Origin: Octopus sinensis | Taxonomy: Eukaryota | Assembly: GCF_006345805.1 (NCBI RefSeq) | Contig: NC_043023.1 | Coordinates: forward strand, 6,882,001 to 6,946,000 | DNA: 64,000 nt | Direction of reading: 5' to 3' | Shown here: piece by piece, positions 61,480 through 64,000 of the stretch | How positions within the stretch are numbered: the stretch's first letter is position 1 | Layout of the letters: the number at the start of each line of letters is the position of its first letter | Notes under the pieces: generated by a model | What the model was told of the DNA's origin: nothing | What the model saw: only the letters and a program-made list of their open reading frames with translations | Databases searched by the model: none | Made by a program: the position numbers and the translations under genes

Positions 61480-61789
61480 GTTCGTCCTCCTTTTCCTTCG
61501 GTTGGTCACAGATTTATTTTGAAAGTCAGATACTCTAGACACACACACGCAAGCAAGCACACACACACACACACACTTCCTCCAACACATTGATTTCTTA
61601 GGGTTGCATCTGCCTCTTGTCTCTTGCACTGGAAGCTTTCTGTAATATCATACAATTTTGGAATTTACTTACTTACATGATGGCCATCCACTCGTGACCA
61701 AGGAAGACCATTGCCAACTTTCAGGAACATTGTGCGCTCTAGGACTAACTTATATTTTGCCTTTGCGGTTCCGTTGGTGGCTAATGAGC

Positions 61790-62118
61790 CCTGCTCTTGA
61801 CAAGCATACACGACTGCAAACATTGCAGACCAAGCTTTCCCCATTCACTATACGAGCCGTGAGCTTTCGCGCAGCTCACTTAAGTTCTTCATGCTGGATA
61901 TGTGCTCTCTCAAAAGTGTCGATTCCGTCCTTAACCTGCTTCCTCCATCTGTGGCAATGACAGGCATTGTTCTCCCAGTCAGTGTCCTGCATATCACAGG
62001 CCTTTAATGAGGACTTGACACAGTCCTTAAATTGCAGCCTTGGTTTCTGCCAGAGTCTCCTTCCATTCACAAGTTCTCCATAGAGCATCTGATAAGGAAT
62101 CCTTCTATCCTCCATTTT
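61790..62118 (-). mobile_element. RTE-clade LINE 3' coding fragment
   Basis: MEDRRIPYQMLYGELVNGRRLWQKPRLQFKDCVKSSLKAC..DWENNA..RWR. Confidence 0.8.
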
Positions 62119-62169
62119 AATACTTACATACATGCATACATACATACATACATACATACATACATACAT

Positions 62170-62395
62170 ACCTATTTCTTTATTACCCACAAGGGGCTAA
62201 ACATAGAGGGGACAAACAAGGACTGACATAGGTATTAAGTTGATTACATCGACCCCAGTGCATAACTGGTACTTAATTTATCGACCCCGAAAGGATGAAA
62301 GGCAAAGTCAACCTCGGCGGAATTTGAACTCAGAACATAATGACAGACGAAATACTGCAAAGCATTTCACCCGGCATGCTAACGTTTCTACCTCC
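62170..62395 (-). mobile_element. S2 SINE
   Basis: Full-length reverse copy; tail runs into (GTAT)n. Confidence 0.8.
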
Positions 62396-62525
62396 CTACT
62401 CACCCACACACACATGGACATGCAAGCACATGAATATACAGGATACATACATACAGATGCACACACACACACATACATACACATACATACATACACACAT
62501 GCATGCATGCATAGGCACACACACA

Positions 62526-62556
<31 letters not shown>

Positions 62557-63854
62557 CACTGACCCATACACATGTGCACAAACAAACAAAAGGGAACGCA
62601 GTGTAAATAATGGACAGAGTCAAGACTATTATGTTTGTTTATTAGCCACACAGGGCTGCACACAGACAGGACAAAATTACAAGGTAGAGCTTTTCTTTTG
62701 GGGGCAAAAGAAGGGGGTTTGGTTTTCGATCAAAAGGGATCGTAAATGGAAAGAAAGAGGACAAAAAAAGGGGGGGATAAAATAAAATTTTTTAAAAAAT
62801 AATAAAATTAAAAAAAAAAAAGACTATTAAAAAGGTTGCAAGATGCAACGAAAATTTTAATTCTAGGACAGCCTGTATTTACTCGTCCGAATAAAACGGG
62901 AGAGGGATCATGGAGGGGACTAATTTCAGGTAGCAAGTGCAGCTTCCGGAAGTGGTCACACAGTCAAACTCAAATGGCAGTGAGTCACAACAGTAATTTG
63001 TTTTTCTATATGAACTATAGTTCAGACATGGAGGACATAGAAAGCAGACATGCTGTGGGGCCATGCTGCATTGCATAGGATTGGAAATGTGAAACATCAA
63101 CAGGGCACTTCTGGAGAATGGATGAATGGGTTTGTTGTACCTTTACCCAGCCACACGTACACGGACATGGCCCGGTGGTGCATGGGATGGTAACATAAAG
63201 CATCAGCAGGGCACCGACAAACATTTTAATGTTCTTCTCATTTCCTCTGCCAAATTGGACAAAAAGGTTTCCATGAACTATTATACTTATAATGCATAAG
63301 TAGTGTCAGTATTTTACCGTCGGAAGATGGTCTAAAACAAAGATAAAACTCAGTGCAGTATACTCAAATCTGATTAATCTGCATTTTGTTGAGGGGGTGG
63401 GGCTTATAGTGGCCATTGGAAATTTTTTCAGTGAACAGCAATTCAGGAATCCTGATTAATGTTTGTTGCAAATTTGGAGGAAAGCGACTGGATACTCTTC
63501 AAGTTATGGGCCTTAACACAGCAAAAATGCTTTAAAAATGCAGTTTATCTGACCCTGGGCCTGAAGTTGAAAATTTTCTTTGGCCCATGACACCCCATGG
63601 ATCCTATGTAATGCATGTGTAAAATTTCATTAAAATCAGTTGGGTGGATCTTGAGTTTTAATGACATGACAAACACACAGACAGACACACATCCTGTGTT
63701 TTGTATATATAGATTACAGCCACAAATGTATATTGAGTGCTCAACTACTTAGATTATTATTCAATGATTTGGCCATTCTGTGTGTGTGTGTGTTATTTTC
63801 TCATCTTTGTGCATCTATCTGTCTGTTTGTGCATCTCTTTCTCTCTCATTACAG

Positions 63855-63996
63855 CGGGACATCTGTGTACAACCTGAATGATGACGAAGACGATGACGAT
63901 GGTGCGACGAAGGAGAAGAAAGATGAAAATGATAGACTGAAAGTAAAGGTGAATGAACTCCGCGTCAAGATGGAACAGCTTAGCCTGACAAAGAAG
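63855..63996 (+). CDS. ZFAND4: ZFAND4-like coding exon 4 (gene continues beyond the window)
   Basis: ttacag|C: (S)GTSVYNLNDDEDDDDGATKEKKDENDRLKVKVNELRVKMEQLSLTKK, like vertebrate SGGSMYN..DEDEE..KMKLLKAKM..LSKK (recalled); possible donor AAG|GT at 63997. Confidence 0.85.
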
Positions 63997-64000
63997 GTGC

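Overview
Eukaryotic, AT-rich and repeat-saturated DNA. The SINE, LINE and microsatellite repertoire points to a coleoid cephalopod (octopus-like); this is an inference. Nearly all long ORFs in the track are simple-repeat artefacts. Supported content: (1) 1.5-8.8 kb: a near-full-length but frameshifted L1-clade Tx1-like LINE (CCHC ORF1; APE-RT ORF2), followed head-to-tail by an ORF1-only, HAL1-like element with a target-site duplication and by a third ORF1 fragment. The LINE, the ORF1-only element, a second Tx1 family and the abundant Family S2 SINE all end in the same ~40-nt 3' tail. (2) 31.3-42.0 kb: a tandem array of intron-containing tRNA-Leu(CAA) genes: 17 near-full-length copies (16 minus, 1 inverted), 1 decayed copy and 4 3'-half modules. 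It is built on a ~1.05-kb two-gene unit with SINE-derived spacers and a conserved upstream box. (3) The first four recognisable coding exons of a ZFAND4 (AN1-type ubiquitin-like) gene, 45.5 kb to the window end. (4) A CpG-rich promoter-like island at 29.6-29.9 kb with CRE, ETS and RFX X-box motifs. (5) Many SINEs, RTE/CR1/RLE LINE fragments, Helitron-like, piggyBac-like, Tigger-like, Mutator-like and foldback MITEs, and microsatellites. The labels S1-S3 are my own working names for SINE families. Coordinates were counted by eye; element ends can be off by a few bases.
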